This document shows positions 1 through 10,447 of a stretch of 15,700 bases of DNA, in pieces. Each line of letters begins with the position of its first letter. Positions within the stretch are counted from its first letter, which is position 1. This DNA is from Octopus sinensis (taxonomy: Eukaryota), in assembly GCF_006345805.1 (NCBI RefSeq), contig NW_021825363.1:1-15700 (forward strand), given 5' to 3'. Position numbers and translations under genes: made by a program. The notes beneath the pieces were generated by a model. The model saw only the letters and a list, made by a program, of their open reading frames with translations. It was not told where the DNA came from and did no database searches.

Positions 1-391
1 TAGGCCTTATCCCATGCATTGAATAGTGAACTTCACTCAGTCAGCTGTTTGACGTGAACTGTGTTCACCACGCGTGCAAGCATGCGTAATTGCATGAAAA
101 CTAAAAAATCAACATATAAAACGAATCGCCGTAAACATTGTAAAATTCAGCAAAGAAATGAATTTTCGGGATGTAGCCTGGAGGGTTTTTTCGTATTAAT
201 CGTTTGGATTTTGTGAACACATACCTATTGTTTTCATAACATTTTTAACGCTTTGAATTAAATGTGACCATTTTGCGTTGAGTCTGCAGTTTGAATCACT
301 TTAACCAAATTTTAGCAGGCCGGATTTTTGATCATCACGATACATCGCCAGCGACTCCCTGAAACTCTCCCTTGAAATCCCCGTTGAGAAA

Positions 392-497
392 TCTATATAC
401 ATAAAACTCAACTTCTGTGTCTGTGTGTGTGTCTGTGTGTTTAACTTTTGGATCTACCAAGTTTCATTATTAAGGATGGAAAGTAGTGTGTAGCAAA
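392..497 (+). mobile_element. Second Helitron-like 5' terminus/fragment
   Basis: A|TCTATATACATAAAACTCAACTTCTGTGTCTGTGTG resembles the 498 start (TCTAT-AT-rich-AAAA, then TCTGTGTG). It has no CTAG terminus of its own before 498. Confidence 0.35.
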
Positions 498-847
498 TCT
501 ATTATATAAAAGCTGAAGTTGTCTGTGTGTGGCAGGTTTGGTAGCCTTCAACTAACACTATCCCCTTCGAGACCCTGCAGCTTGCTCTTCATTCTGTAGA
601 AGATAAAATTCAAATCGGACCATGTTAACACAAAAAATTATTTACATCAAAAAGCTGCTTTTTTTCTATGAAAATCCCTATTTTTTACGATTTTTGACTG
701 CTGTGTCACCCTTTTTCGGTGTATTTCAACTAGAAAAATGTTCACTTGAAGAGAATAACAAGTTGCATAATGCAAAATTTTTACTTTTCAAAAATTCCAA
801 TTCTAAAGGGTCGAAACAAATCCAAGCAACACCGGGTGATACTGCTA

Positions 848-848
<1 letters not shown>
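498..848 (+). mobile_element. Short non-autonomous Helitron-like element (~350 bp)
   Basis: Starts A|TCTATTATATAAAAGCTG (TC at 498) and ends GATACTGCTAG|T (CTAG at 845-848), so it lies between an A and a T with no TSD. A GC-rich subterminal segment CCAAGCAACACCGGG (822-836) sits about 8 nt before CTAG, where Helitrons carry a hairpin; pairing is degenerate here. No coding capacity. Confidence 0.6.

Positions 849-927
<79 letters not shown>
849..927. repeat. (TA)n microsatellite
   Basis: Perfect TA run of about 40 units. Confidence 0.98.
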
Positions 928-932
<5 letters not shown>

Positions 933-1090
933 CAATTAAAATAAACAGTTAAAATAAACAAATAAGATTGTATAAGTTTGACGCTCGTTGAAAGGAGTTT
1001 GACGTTTCGAGCATAGCTCTTCATCGGAAGGAGAAAGGGAAATGTCCAAAGATGGAAAAGAAATCGACAACAGCACTTGTGTGTAGTTAT
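928..1090 (-). mobile_element. Short Penelope-pLTR/retrozyme-like element, copy 1, with hammerhead-like motif at 1001-1027
   Basis: Minus strand reads CCGAUGA-A-GAGC-UAU-GCUC-GAAA-CGUC. It shares this block and a second block (plus strand gtataagtttgacgctc, 970-986) with the copies at 11054-11253 and 11377-11567. One end abuts (TA)n. Confidence 0.55.
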
Positions 1091-1123
1091 ATATCCGTCT
1101 CTCTATTTTCATCAATGAGTGTC

Positions 1124-1975
1124 AAAGTAAGTCAAGCGGTCTGGACCTTCGCTCTCGTTGCAGGACACTTACGCCATCTACAAGTGGCCTGAAGACAGTA
1201 AGATGCTATTTTAGAGTGGGAAATTCCAAACTGTTCACAACCAGGATAAACAACATCTGGAGGGATTGGCATTTATGGAGGCGCAGTCTGTTGGTGACCT
1301 GATGAGAAATATGAGGATCGGTGTATAATTCCATGTCCGCATTGGCAAGATGGTAATGATGCGACAAAGGATGGTGGGATGGGTCGCGAGATAATTCTGT
1401 AGAAGAAAGCAGGAAAGCACTTCTGCTTTTGAAGAGAATATTTGTTTTCGGCCGTTTGGCCTACTGATCCCAACTAGGGTCACCAAACAGCATGAAACTA
1501 ATAACAGATCTGGAAACAATCCAGCGACGCTTCGTGAAGAGGATTGCCTCAATGGAAGAGAAAAGCTACAGGGAGAGGTTGAAAGACGGAGGAAATATGC
1601 GGAGACCCTTGAAGGGATTACGCCAAATTTTGGTATTGAGGATGAAAGCAATCATAGCAGGGGTCATCTCGGTGGTCTCCTGCTTTCTTTATCGAAATCA
1701 GGACCACATACTGCAACAGCCTAGGGTTAAAATACCTACAACTTTTTAATGTCTTCCTAAAGAAAGTGAGATTTGAATGAATTCAAGAAGCACATGGATA
1801 ATGTAACATCTGTGGTCCCAGAAACGCAAGTGAGAGCAGCAGCATCAAACTCTTTAATTCACCGAAAACTAAGTACAGCATAATCAGCCCCAATTATATA
1901 GGTGGTACTCTAGCATCATCGCCGCTCCAAGGGTTCGAGCTCAGATCAGACAAAACGTATAAAAGAAAATAAAGG
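1124..1975 (+). mobile_element. 5'-truncated, decayed non-LTR retrotransposon (CR1/L2 group), C-terminal ORF2 plus 3' UTR
   Basis: Across frameshifts and stops it reads KVSQAV (1124), LQDTYAIYKWPEDSKMLF, RMVGWVAR, VFGRLAY*SQLGSP (equivalent to VLSRLDYCSQLWSP), KLITDLETIQRRFVKRIASMEEKSYRERLK, PNFGI, YCNSLG and LQLFNVLPK. It ends in an A-rich tail (~1960-1975). Collinear with the copy at 14554-15700. Confidence 0.85.
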
Positions 1976-2421
1976 AATCTTGCGTAGTTTGTTATATTTA
2001 TGAGGGAACAAGAGTTGGGTGGGTGAGAGGGGTGAGCACAAATTTAGGGGCTCCACTGTGCCAGGGCCTGTTTGTCCTTGTATGGCAAATATTTGGGAAA
2101 GATGTTAAAATCGTGTCTTTTCAAACTATTTCTCGATTTGTGGAAGGAAAATGGGAAAACTGAAACTGCGAATCCACTGTTTGCTGACGCTGTAACTTGG
2201 AACACACACACACACACACACCACACACACACGCGATTGATTATATCTATTAGTTTAATAACATTTTGTCGGCGAAAACACACATGCCTCATCAGGCACA
2301 GAGACATACTTGTACATAGACATATACTATGTATACATTTATAAACATATATATATATATATATATTTATATAAGAACAATAGATGAATGGCATTCACCA
2401 GCGCATATTAATAATACATTA

Positions 2422-2461
<40 letters not shown>

Positions 2462-3056
2462 ATGTATGTATATATCTATCATATTGTGTTCGTTTTGACT
2501 CATAGCCCCCCCACCACTCTCATCCCACAAAAAAAAAACAATACACAACCAAAATGAAAGAGAAAATAAAAAAGTTACCGAAAAAAGATCGGTCAAAGCA
2601 CATCGCTACCAGTTGATCTGAATCTATATATAAATGGAAGGGCACACACACAATAATACATATGTATATAATATATATATATAGATATATAGATATTATA
2701 TATATATATATATGTATATAATATATATATTATAGGTATGTATATACCACACATCTGTGTGTGCATAGCTACATTCATAATTTAGTTAAGTCTAATCTAA
2801 TTTTATATTTAACGAAGTTAGGAGGTCTTTTGGAAAATGGTATTTGTTTGGTGGTGTGTGTGTGTGTTTAATTACTTATGTGGTCGATGTTAATAAATGT
2901 GTATGTTAAGCATTCTACACAAACATGTTGCGGACATAACTATGCATGAGCAAGAACCTGCGTGTGCGAATACACACACCCACACACCCACACACATACT
3001 GTTGTACTTATGGAAATGTTACAAAACTTGTAAGATGGGCACAGTATAAAAACATG

Positions 3057-3079
3057 CAAACAACAACAATAACAATAGC

Positions 3080-3119
<40 letters not shown>

Positions 3120-3123
3120 CAAC

Positions 3124-3166
<43 letters not shown>

Positions 3167-3170
3167 TAAT
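3057..3170. repeat. Compound (CAA)n(TAA)n microsatellite
   Basis: Direct reading; source of the poly-T and poly-C ORFs. Confidence 0.95.
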
Positions 3171-3420
3171 GTAACAAAAAAGTCTAGATTAGATTTATTA
3201 AAAAAAAATCCCGGAGAAGCAAATTAATAAAGATAAAGGGTTTATTGATCTTCTGGCAATATTTATTGGTTGTTGTTGTTGTTGTTGTTAGAGATCGAAC
3301 AGTTGGTATTTGATGTATGTGCCCCACCCCCACTCCTGTTTCCTTCCCAACCCCAGGGAGAGAATAGAAAAATGTTAATTAGATCAGATTACCTCCCTTT
3401 CTGTGTTTACATAGATAACA

Positions 3421-3979
3421 TGGGTGTGTGTGTGTGTGTGTGTGTGTGGATGCACGTGCGTATGTGTCTATGTGTCTATGTGTATGTGTGTATGTGTGTA
3501 TGCATATGTGCATACGCGCGTGTGCGTATGATTTTGTGAATGAGGGAATGTGTATTTATGTATGACTTATAAATGTGTGTGCATATATATATATGTGTGT
3601 GTGTGTGTGTTTTATATGTATTGCTGAATGTGAGTGCCTGTTTATGTATGTGTGTATACATGTCGTTGGTAAATGTATAGATATAATATGCAGGAGAATA
3701 AATAAATAGCTGCCTCTTTGCTCTCTCACACACACACATTCACAGAGATGTATGTATACATACATAATATAGATATATATACACATATATATGTAAACAT
3801 AAATATATTTATCAATGTGTGTTAATGCGTGTGTGTGTGTGAGAGAGAGAGTGTATGTGCGCACGTGTGCATGTGTGTGCGCGTGTGTGTGTATGTGTGT
3901 GTGCATGTACTTGCGTGTATTTGTGGTGTGTGTGTGTGTGTGTGTTTGTTGTGTGTGTGTGTGTGTGTGTGTGTTTGTG

Positions 3980-4020
<41 letters not shown>
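3421..4020. repeat. Degenerate (TG)n/(TA)n/(GA)n tract
   Basis: About 600 bp of interrupted dinucleotide repeats. Confidence 0.9.
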
Positions 4021-4021
<1 letters not shown>

Positions 4022-5156
4022 CCCCATGTTGTCGTTACACTGAAATACAAACAACCCAGAAGAAAATAACTTGTTGCTTCCAAGCAGAAACCTTTTAACA
4101 ATTTTGGAAAAAGACCGAAGAATGTCGAAAAGCAACGAACACCGAAGAAAAACGAAAAATGCCAGCGAATATCGAAGAATGCCGAAGAATGTAAGAAATA
4201 GTATTCAGTGAATATGGTGTGTTTTGGTACCAACATTAACTGACGGAGACCGTCGTTGGCTTTAGACGATTGGTAACTGATGTGGTGGTGGTGGTGGTGG
4301 TGGTGTGGTGGGGTATGGTACCATATCACCGGAATACTTCACCTCCACCTGCCTTCTGGGTGTGTTTAACGGTATTCCTGCAGTTATAAACATTCGGACG
4401 AGACCAAATTTCTCAGAATTCTTAGAATTTTCCCTGCAGACATTGAATTGCAGTTATTTAGACTGGACATCACTCACTTCAATCACATTAGTCACATCAG
4501 TCACATCTGTCTAGGAGACATTGAGTTGTCAAGGTGGAGGCCACAGCCGCGCCCTTCCTGAGCAATAAAATAATGGAATAAAATAGAACCAGTGACTGAC
4601 ATCTCGAGATTCTGACAGACAAGACGGAAGCTTTACCATTTTAGAACCAATGACAGACTTCCTATGTGGTCGTTAAACATGCTCAAAGGAATACTCAAAA
4701 CTTCTTCAAAATCACAAAATAATACCTCAAAAACACGAGAACACATTGTATAATATAGTAAGTCAGATTAAAAGCGGATGGTCACGGTTGGAATACTTTG
4801 AACTTAAGTCTAGAACAACATCTTATAGCAAGGTGCTGTATCTGAATGTGTCCCGATATCCTTTGCTGTGATATTTGATGTGGAACGCTGGGACCCGTTG
4901 ATATGTGAAGGTATACCACATCGATCCTGGGACCTCATCATATGACATGGCAACTAGCGTTCAATGGTGTTTGCTTCCGAACTCAGACCCTTGATGAAGG
5001 CCGAGCTGTGTTTGGCCCCTGATCGACTTGTCTACTCAATTGTTTGAACACTGATCTCTTTGTTCACACAGCTATGCGTCCATTGAGCTCTTTGATCATT
5101 GATCTGTTTATCCACTGAGCTAACTGTGCACCGGGACAGGAGTTGAGAGTTTAGTG

Positions 5157-5205
<49 letters not shown>

Positions 5206-5206
5206 A

Positions 5207-5555
<349 letters not shown>

Positions 5556-6061
5556 GAAAGAGAGTCAATAGATGAGATCGAGAGTATTTCAATATAGAAA
5601 ACACTTTGTGACGCTCAAATGATTTGAACTTACGCTCCGATATCTTCACCGAGGACCAAATGCTACTATCCCTATTCTACCTTTAAATCTCCCCACATAA
5701 TGATCTGGTACGTTAGACGCATGTCTGTCCACCCGCATGAAAGAAGCTCCGGAATTCACCAATGTTTGTTTGATTCCATTACCGGCTGCAAATTTTTGAT
5801 CAACTACATCTGCCGTCATTATGAATAATTCCGAACACTAAGAAACAGCTGTCGGGCTTGCAACGCCTTCTCCCATCAAGTTCTTTGAATCTATTTAATC
5901 TGAGTAAGTTTTCTCTCATTATAATATATATATATATATATATCTATACTTCATTGTTTATCATCTGAAAATGTTGTCTGCTTTTTATTTTTAGATGTTT
6001 ACATGTATATATAGTTTGTACATTAAAAGTGAAAGTTCTATCTGTTTATTTGAATCATTCT

Positions 6062-6191
6062 TTCTCTCTTTCTCCCCTCCTCTCTCTCTCTCTCTCTCTG
6101 TGTGTGTATATATATATATTATATATATATATATATATAATATATATATATATATGTATTGTATATATGTATGTATATATGTATTCTTTTA

Positions 6192-6243
<52 letters not shown>

Positions 6244-6253
6244 TATATATATA

Positions 6254-6290
<37 letters not shown>
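6062..6290. repeat. Compound (CT)n/(TA)n/(TG)n tract
   Basis: Direct reading. Confidence 0.9.
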
Positions 6291-6293
<3 letters not shown>

Positions 6294-6701
6294 CAATAAT
6301 AATAGTGATTGTTTCTTATTAGGAAAAGAGGGTTAAAAGGACTGCAAGAGAAGTGCTCGAGTAAATGAGACGAGTTTAACAAACTTTGGTTGTAGACCAA
6401 ACAACAAACTTAAGGCCATCCACTTATCACATCTCCAACATTTAATCCCATACAAAGAAACAGAATGCTTTTTTTCTTACACATTTAATACGGATGCAGA
6501 AAATCAGAGAAGATGGAACAATATTTCATTTAGACAAGCATATAACAAAAAACTGAGTACAGTCTATCGCAATGTAAACAATTAAAACATTAATACTTCA
6601 GCGTCTAAAAAAGGTTTTTTGCCTTTGTTTCTTTATGTGATTAAATGATCGAGATGTGATGTGTTGGGTGGATGACCTTCAATTCATTGTTTGTTCTGCA
6701 A

Positions 6702-6762
<61 letters not shown>

Positions 6763-6765
6763 GTG

Positions 6766-7154
6766 TTCTTTTATTCCTTTACTTGTTTCACTCATTTGAC
6801 TGCGGCCATGCTGGAGTAATATCTTGTAGGGTTTTAGTCGAACACATCAAGCCTCGGACTTATATTTTAAAGCCTAGTACTTGTTTTATCGGTCTCTTTC
6901 GCCGGACTACGAAGTTACGGGGACGTAAACACACCAACACCAGTCGCTAAGCGGTGATGGGGGGGGGGAGCTAACACAGACACAAAGACACACACACGTG
7001 TTTATAATCCGGGCTTCTTTCAGTTTTCGTCAACAAAATCCACTGAAAAAGCTATGGTAGAAGACACTTGTCCAAGGTGCCACGTAGTGGGACTGAATCC
7101 AGAACCATGTGATTTGGAAGAAAACTTCTAACCACACAGCCACACCTGCGCCCC
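6766..7154 (-). mobile_element. Full-length tRNA-derived SINE (head + internal (TG)n linker + body/tail)
   Basis: The minus-strand head GGCGCAGGTGTGGCTGTGTGGTTAG has an A-box-like motif, then GGATTCAGTCCC (B-box-like) and ACCTTGGACAAGTG (resembles the CORE-SINE ACCTTGGGCAAGT). A short TG linker follows, then a body ending CTCCAGCATGGCCGCAGTCAAATGAGTGAAACAAGTAAAGGAATAAAAGAA. Homologous segments occur at 9000-9160, 10207-10447, 10815-10966 and 13050-13258. Confidence 0.85.
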
Positions 7155-7180
7155 CTATACATACAAACATACATACAAAC

Positions 7181-7220
<40 letters not shown>

Positions 7221-7744
7221 CGTTGCTATTATGCAAAAGTGTCGTAAGTCCAAAAAGCTGCTTTTTCAGTAAACGAAAAAACTGTTCCCCCATTCCATTG
7301 CAAAACCGTTGTATTAGACTTTGACAATTTTTGATATCTTGGCATCTAAAGCAGCTGGAGAAACGATACTGTGACCAGAAGAACCGGTTCTTGCAAGCAA
7401 AAGTAAATACTGGAAAAAGAACGCATTTGGCCAAATTTGGACATACAACAGTTTAACATAATAGAAACGATATGTATGTGTGTGTGTATTAGCCGTGGTG
7501 TTGTCCTTTGAGTGCACAGAACTTGAATGTCCCTTGTATTCGCTTCCGTCGTTTGATCACTAGCACGTGACCGACTGAAATACTTGACCCCTTCCTGGGG
7601 GATTTCTCAAGCCCACAACCGTTTTTGCTGTTGGCTGCTGGAGGACAACATTCCTTTTTCTTTTTCTAATGCTTGGAGAGAAAACTCAGAACGAACAAAT
7701 TACACAAACCATCACGTGAGACGCTTTGACATTCAACCGTTCCA

Positions 7745-7860
7745 GCACCCAGTTACTTTAGGTTTTGACTCCGGAAGGTATATGTTGAGGACAGCGGGTA
7801 TTGAACTCTGAGTGCAGACAACCGAAATAAACATTACTTGACATTCTATCTAACCGACTT
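7745..7860 (-). mobile_element. Possible highly degenerate SINE head of a second family
   Basis: The minus strand has a B-box-like GAGTTCAATACCC followed by CCTTCCGGAGTCAA...AAAGTAACTGGG. This loosely recalls a mollusc SINE central domain from memory; there is no second copy in the window to confirm it. Confidence 0.25.
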
Positions 7861-8354
7861 AACACTCAACCACTTCAACACTATATACACAGCCCTCGCA
7901 TATAATATATATATATATATATATATTATATATACTATATATATATATATGCATTAATTAAAGATACACTTAAAATATTTTCCCTTAAAGGCATTTTTTT
8001 TCTGTTTAACACTCGTGGGAAACATGAAAGAAAAATGCGTTAACACTTCTGCCTGTAATGATATATATATATATATATATATACACTTACACACACACAT
8101 ATGCGTGTATGTATATATAAACATACATACATGCATACACATGCACGCAGAAATACACTCACACACTCTCAGTCACACACACACACACGAGTGTGCACTT
8201 GCATGATCCTTATCTTGGACTGGAGATTATTGTAATCATATATATAAATACTCACTTATATACACATACATATACACTCCTCCACTCACATATATACATC
8301 TTGCTGATATATATATGTAATATATATAATATATATATATATAATATATATATA

Positions 8355-8395
<41 letters not shown>

Positions 8396-8586
8396 TCTAT
8401 ATAATACACATATATATTAATGCATATGTAGCAGTTTTCATTAAATAAATACTGTCTGATGAACATGTTGATATACAGACACACGCGCGCGCGCGCGCGC
8501 ACGCACACACCAATGTTTGTGTGTGTATGCATGTGGTATGCATTCATTTATGTCACATTTGTATGCGCACCCAGCTACACAAAGAC

Positions 8587-8775
8587 ACACACTCAGCATA
8601 CATACATACATACATACATACATACATACACACACACATACATGCATGCATACATACATACAAACATACATACATACATACATACATGCATATATACACA
8701 CATACATACATACATACATGCATATATACACACATACATAAATACATACATGCATGCATACACACGCACACATAT
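8587..8775. repeat. (CATA)n tetranucleotide tract
   Basis: Direct reading. Confidence 0.9.
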
Positions 8776-8999
8776 ATTGTTAGGGAGTGTGTACACAAAG
8801 TGAAATTTAATGAAATGTCGATAATATAAACATGTTTAGGAGTGAAGAAATAAACAATGTTTGCGATTGTGAGTGGCGGGGACTCTATGAGACAGCTCGC
8901 AGGAAGTGCGGGGATATTGGTATATATATATAGATATACACGTGTGTGTGTATTTGTACGCATCTTATACATGTGTGTGTGTGTGTGTGTGTGTGTATA

Positions 9000-9173
9000 G
9001 GCGTAGGCATGCCTGTTTCGTAAGAGGCTTGCTTCCTGACCAGATAGTTCCGGATTCAGTCCCACAGCTGGCAACTTGGGCAAGTGTCTTCTGATATTGT
9101 TTCGGGCTGACCAAAGCCTTTTGGGTGAATTTGGTAGATGGAAACCGAAAGAAGCCTGTCATATATATATATA
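9000..9173 (+). mobile_element. SINE 5' half (head), interrupted by mariner
   Basis: GGCGTAGG...CCGGATTCAGTCCCACAGCTGGCAACTTGGGCAAGTGTCTTCT...ACCAAAGCC...GAAAGAAGCCTGTC then (AT)n. Matches the head of 6766-7154. Confidence 0.85.
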
Positions 9174-10204
9174 TTGGGTCATTCCATAAATAATCCGGTT
9201 TCTTTCAATTTCCTGAACTAAAAGTCGGAGGGGGACGGTATAAATTACTGGTATCAACTTGTTATAAAAGCAGGTAGTAATTTTATTTTGTACTTATTCT
9301 TAGTGCGAGTTTTGAAGAGTGCAGTACAATTTCAACAGTTATTTTTTGAAAGCTATAATGGAAGCGACAAAGGAGCATCTTTGGCATATTTTGCTTTATG
9401 AGTTCAAAGACAACAACGCAACAGAAATAGCGAGGAATATTAATGCAGTGTATGGGGATCGGAGAAGCCAGCGTCAACCGTGGTTCCAGAAATTCTGAGC
9501 CGGAAATTGTTCAATGGTTTCCTCACAAACTTTCCTCGTCTAATCGCGCACAGAGAGTGAACGCGTGTTCTTCTTTGCTGTCACACCTCACGAATGAACC
9601 GTTTTGGGACCGAATGGTGACCGGTGACGAGAAATGGGTTCTCTATAAACATGTCAGGCGCTGAAGACAGTGCGTAGGAAAGGGAGAAAGACCGGCACCC
9701 TTGCTAAAGGTACTCACTTACGTAAGGTGTTGCTATCTGTTTGGTGGGATATGAAAGGTTTAGTCTACCATGAAGTTTTGAAGCCAAACCAAGCAATAGC
9801 GGAGGAGATCTACTGCGAGCGGCTTAAGTCAGTGCTAGAAGAAAAATGACCATCTTTGGTCGTCTTTGGACCATCAGGATGATGACATTCCAAAAGCTGG
9901 AGCAGTTTGAATGGGAAACGATGCCCCACCCACCGTATTCACCAGACATTGCTCCATCTGATTATCATTTATTCCACAGTCTTCAAAATCATTTGGTCGG
10001 AAAATATATGAATTCTGTAGACGAGGTCTGAACAGTAGCAGAGGAGTATTTTTCGTCACGGTCAAGTGAATTTTGGAAGAAGAGCCTTGCAAGTCTACGA
10101 GACAGATGGAAGAGCATTTTAGAAAACGAAGGAGAGTATATTTTAGATTAAAAAATAAAAATAAAAGAAGTATGAAAAACCGCATTATTTATGGGATGAC
10201 CCAA
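9174..10204 (+). mobile_element. Mariner (Tc1/mariner, DD34D) DNA transposon, internally deleted, 1031 bp
   Basis: Left TIR TTGGGTCATTCCATAAATAATCCGGTTT (9174-9201) versus the reverse complement of the right TIR, TTGGGTCATCCCATAAATAATGCGGTTT (10177-10204): 26/28 identical. TA flanks both ends (9172-9173 and 10205-10206). Confidence 0.95.
9358..10151 (+). pseudogene. Mariner transposase pseudogene
   Basis: Reads MEATKEHLWHILLYEF...INAVYG...WFQKF, then a deletion, then WFPHKL (WVPHEL motif, 9515), MVTGDEKW (9614-9637), SVWWDMKG, HQDD (9872; second Asp region, truncated), MPHPPYSPDIAPSDYHLFHSLQNHL (YSPD at 9936) and RWKSILENEGEYILD* (stop 10149-10151). Several stops and frameshifts. Confidence 0.93.
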
Positions 10205-10206
10205 TA

Positions 10207-10447
10207 TGTGTGTGCGCACGTATTTCTTATTTATGTGCGTATGTGTGTGTGTGTGTGTCTTTATGTATGTGTTTGTCTCTCCACCATCGTTTGACAACTG
10301 ATGTTGGTGTGTTTACGTCCCCGTAATCTAGCGGTTCGGCAAATGAGTATAAGTGCTGAGGTCGATTTCTGCGGCCAAAACTCTGTAAGGCGGTGCTCCA
10401 GCAGGGCAGCAGTCAAATGAGTGAAACAACTAAAAAAATAAAAGAAT
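10207..10447 (+). mobile_element. SINE 3' half (linker + body/tail), continuation of 9000-9173
   Basis: A (TG)n linker, then CCACCATCGTTTGACAACTGATGTTGGTGTGTTTACGTCCCCG...GGCGGTGCTCCAGCAGGGCAGCAGTCAAATGAGTGAAAC...AAAAGAA. Same order and strand as the full copy. Confidence 0.85.

Noticed and set aside
649-663. 15-mer AAAAAGCTGCTTTTT shared with 7252-7266
   Set aside because: A low-complexity A/T palindrome with no flanking homology; likely chance.
1296-1310. CTGATGAGAAA, hammerhead core words
   Set aside because: No stem II between CUGAUGA and GAAA, and it lies inside the LINE coding remnant.
4989-5020. CTTGATGA-A-GGCC...GGCC, hammerhead-like first half
   Set aside because: No GAAA or NUH follows the stem, so the core is incomplete.
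4970-5135. Minus-strand A-box TAGCTCAGTGG (5113-5123), suggesting a tRNA or SINE
   Set aside because: No acceptable B-box at a suitable distance and no cloverleaf.
5647-5820. 57-aa minus-strand ORF containing TLVNSGASF, resembling a retroviral protease LVDSGA motif
   Set aside because: The catalytic Asp is Asn, there are no other protease or pol motifs, and the ORF is short.
8860-8905. ETS-like CAGGAAGTG and GC-box-like TGGCGGGG motifs
   Set aside because: Isolated short motifs between microsatellites with no supporting promoter context.
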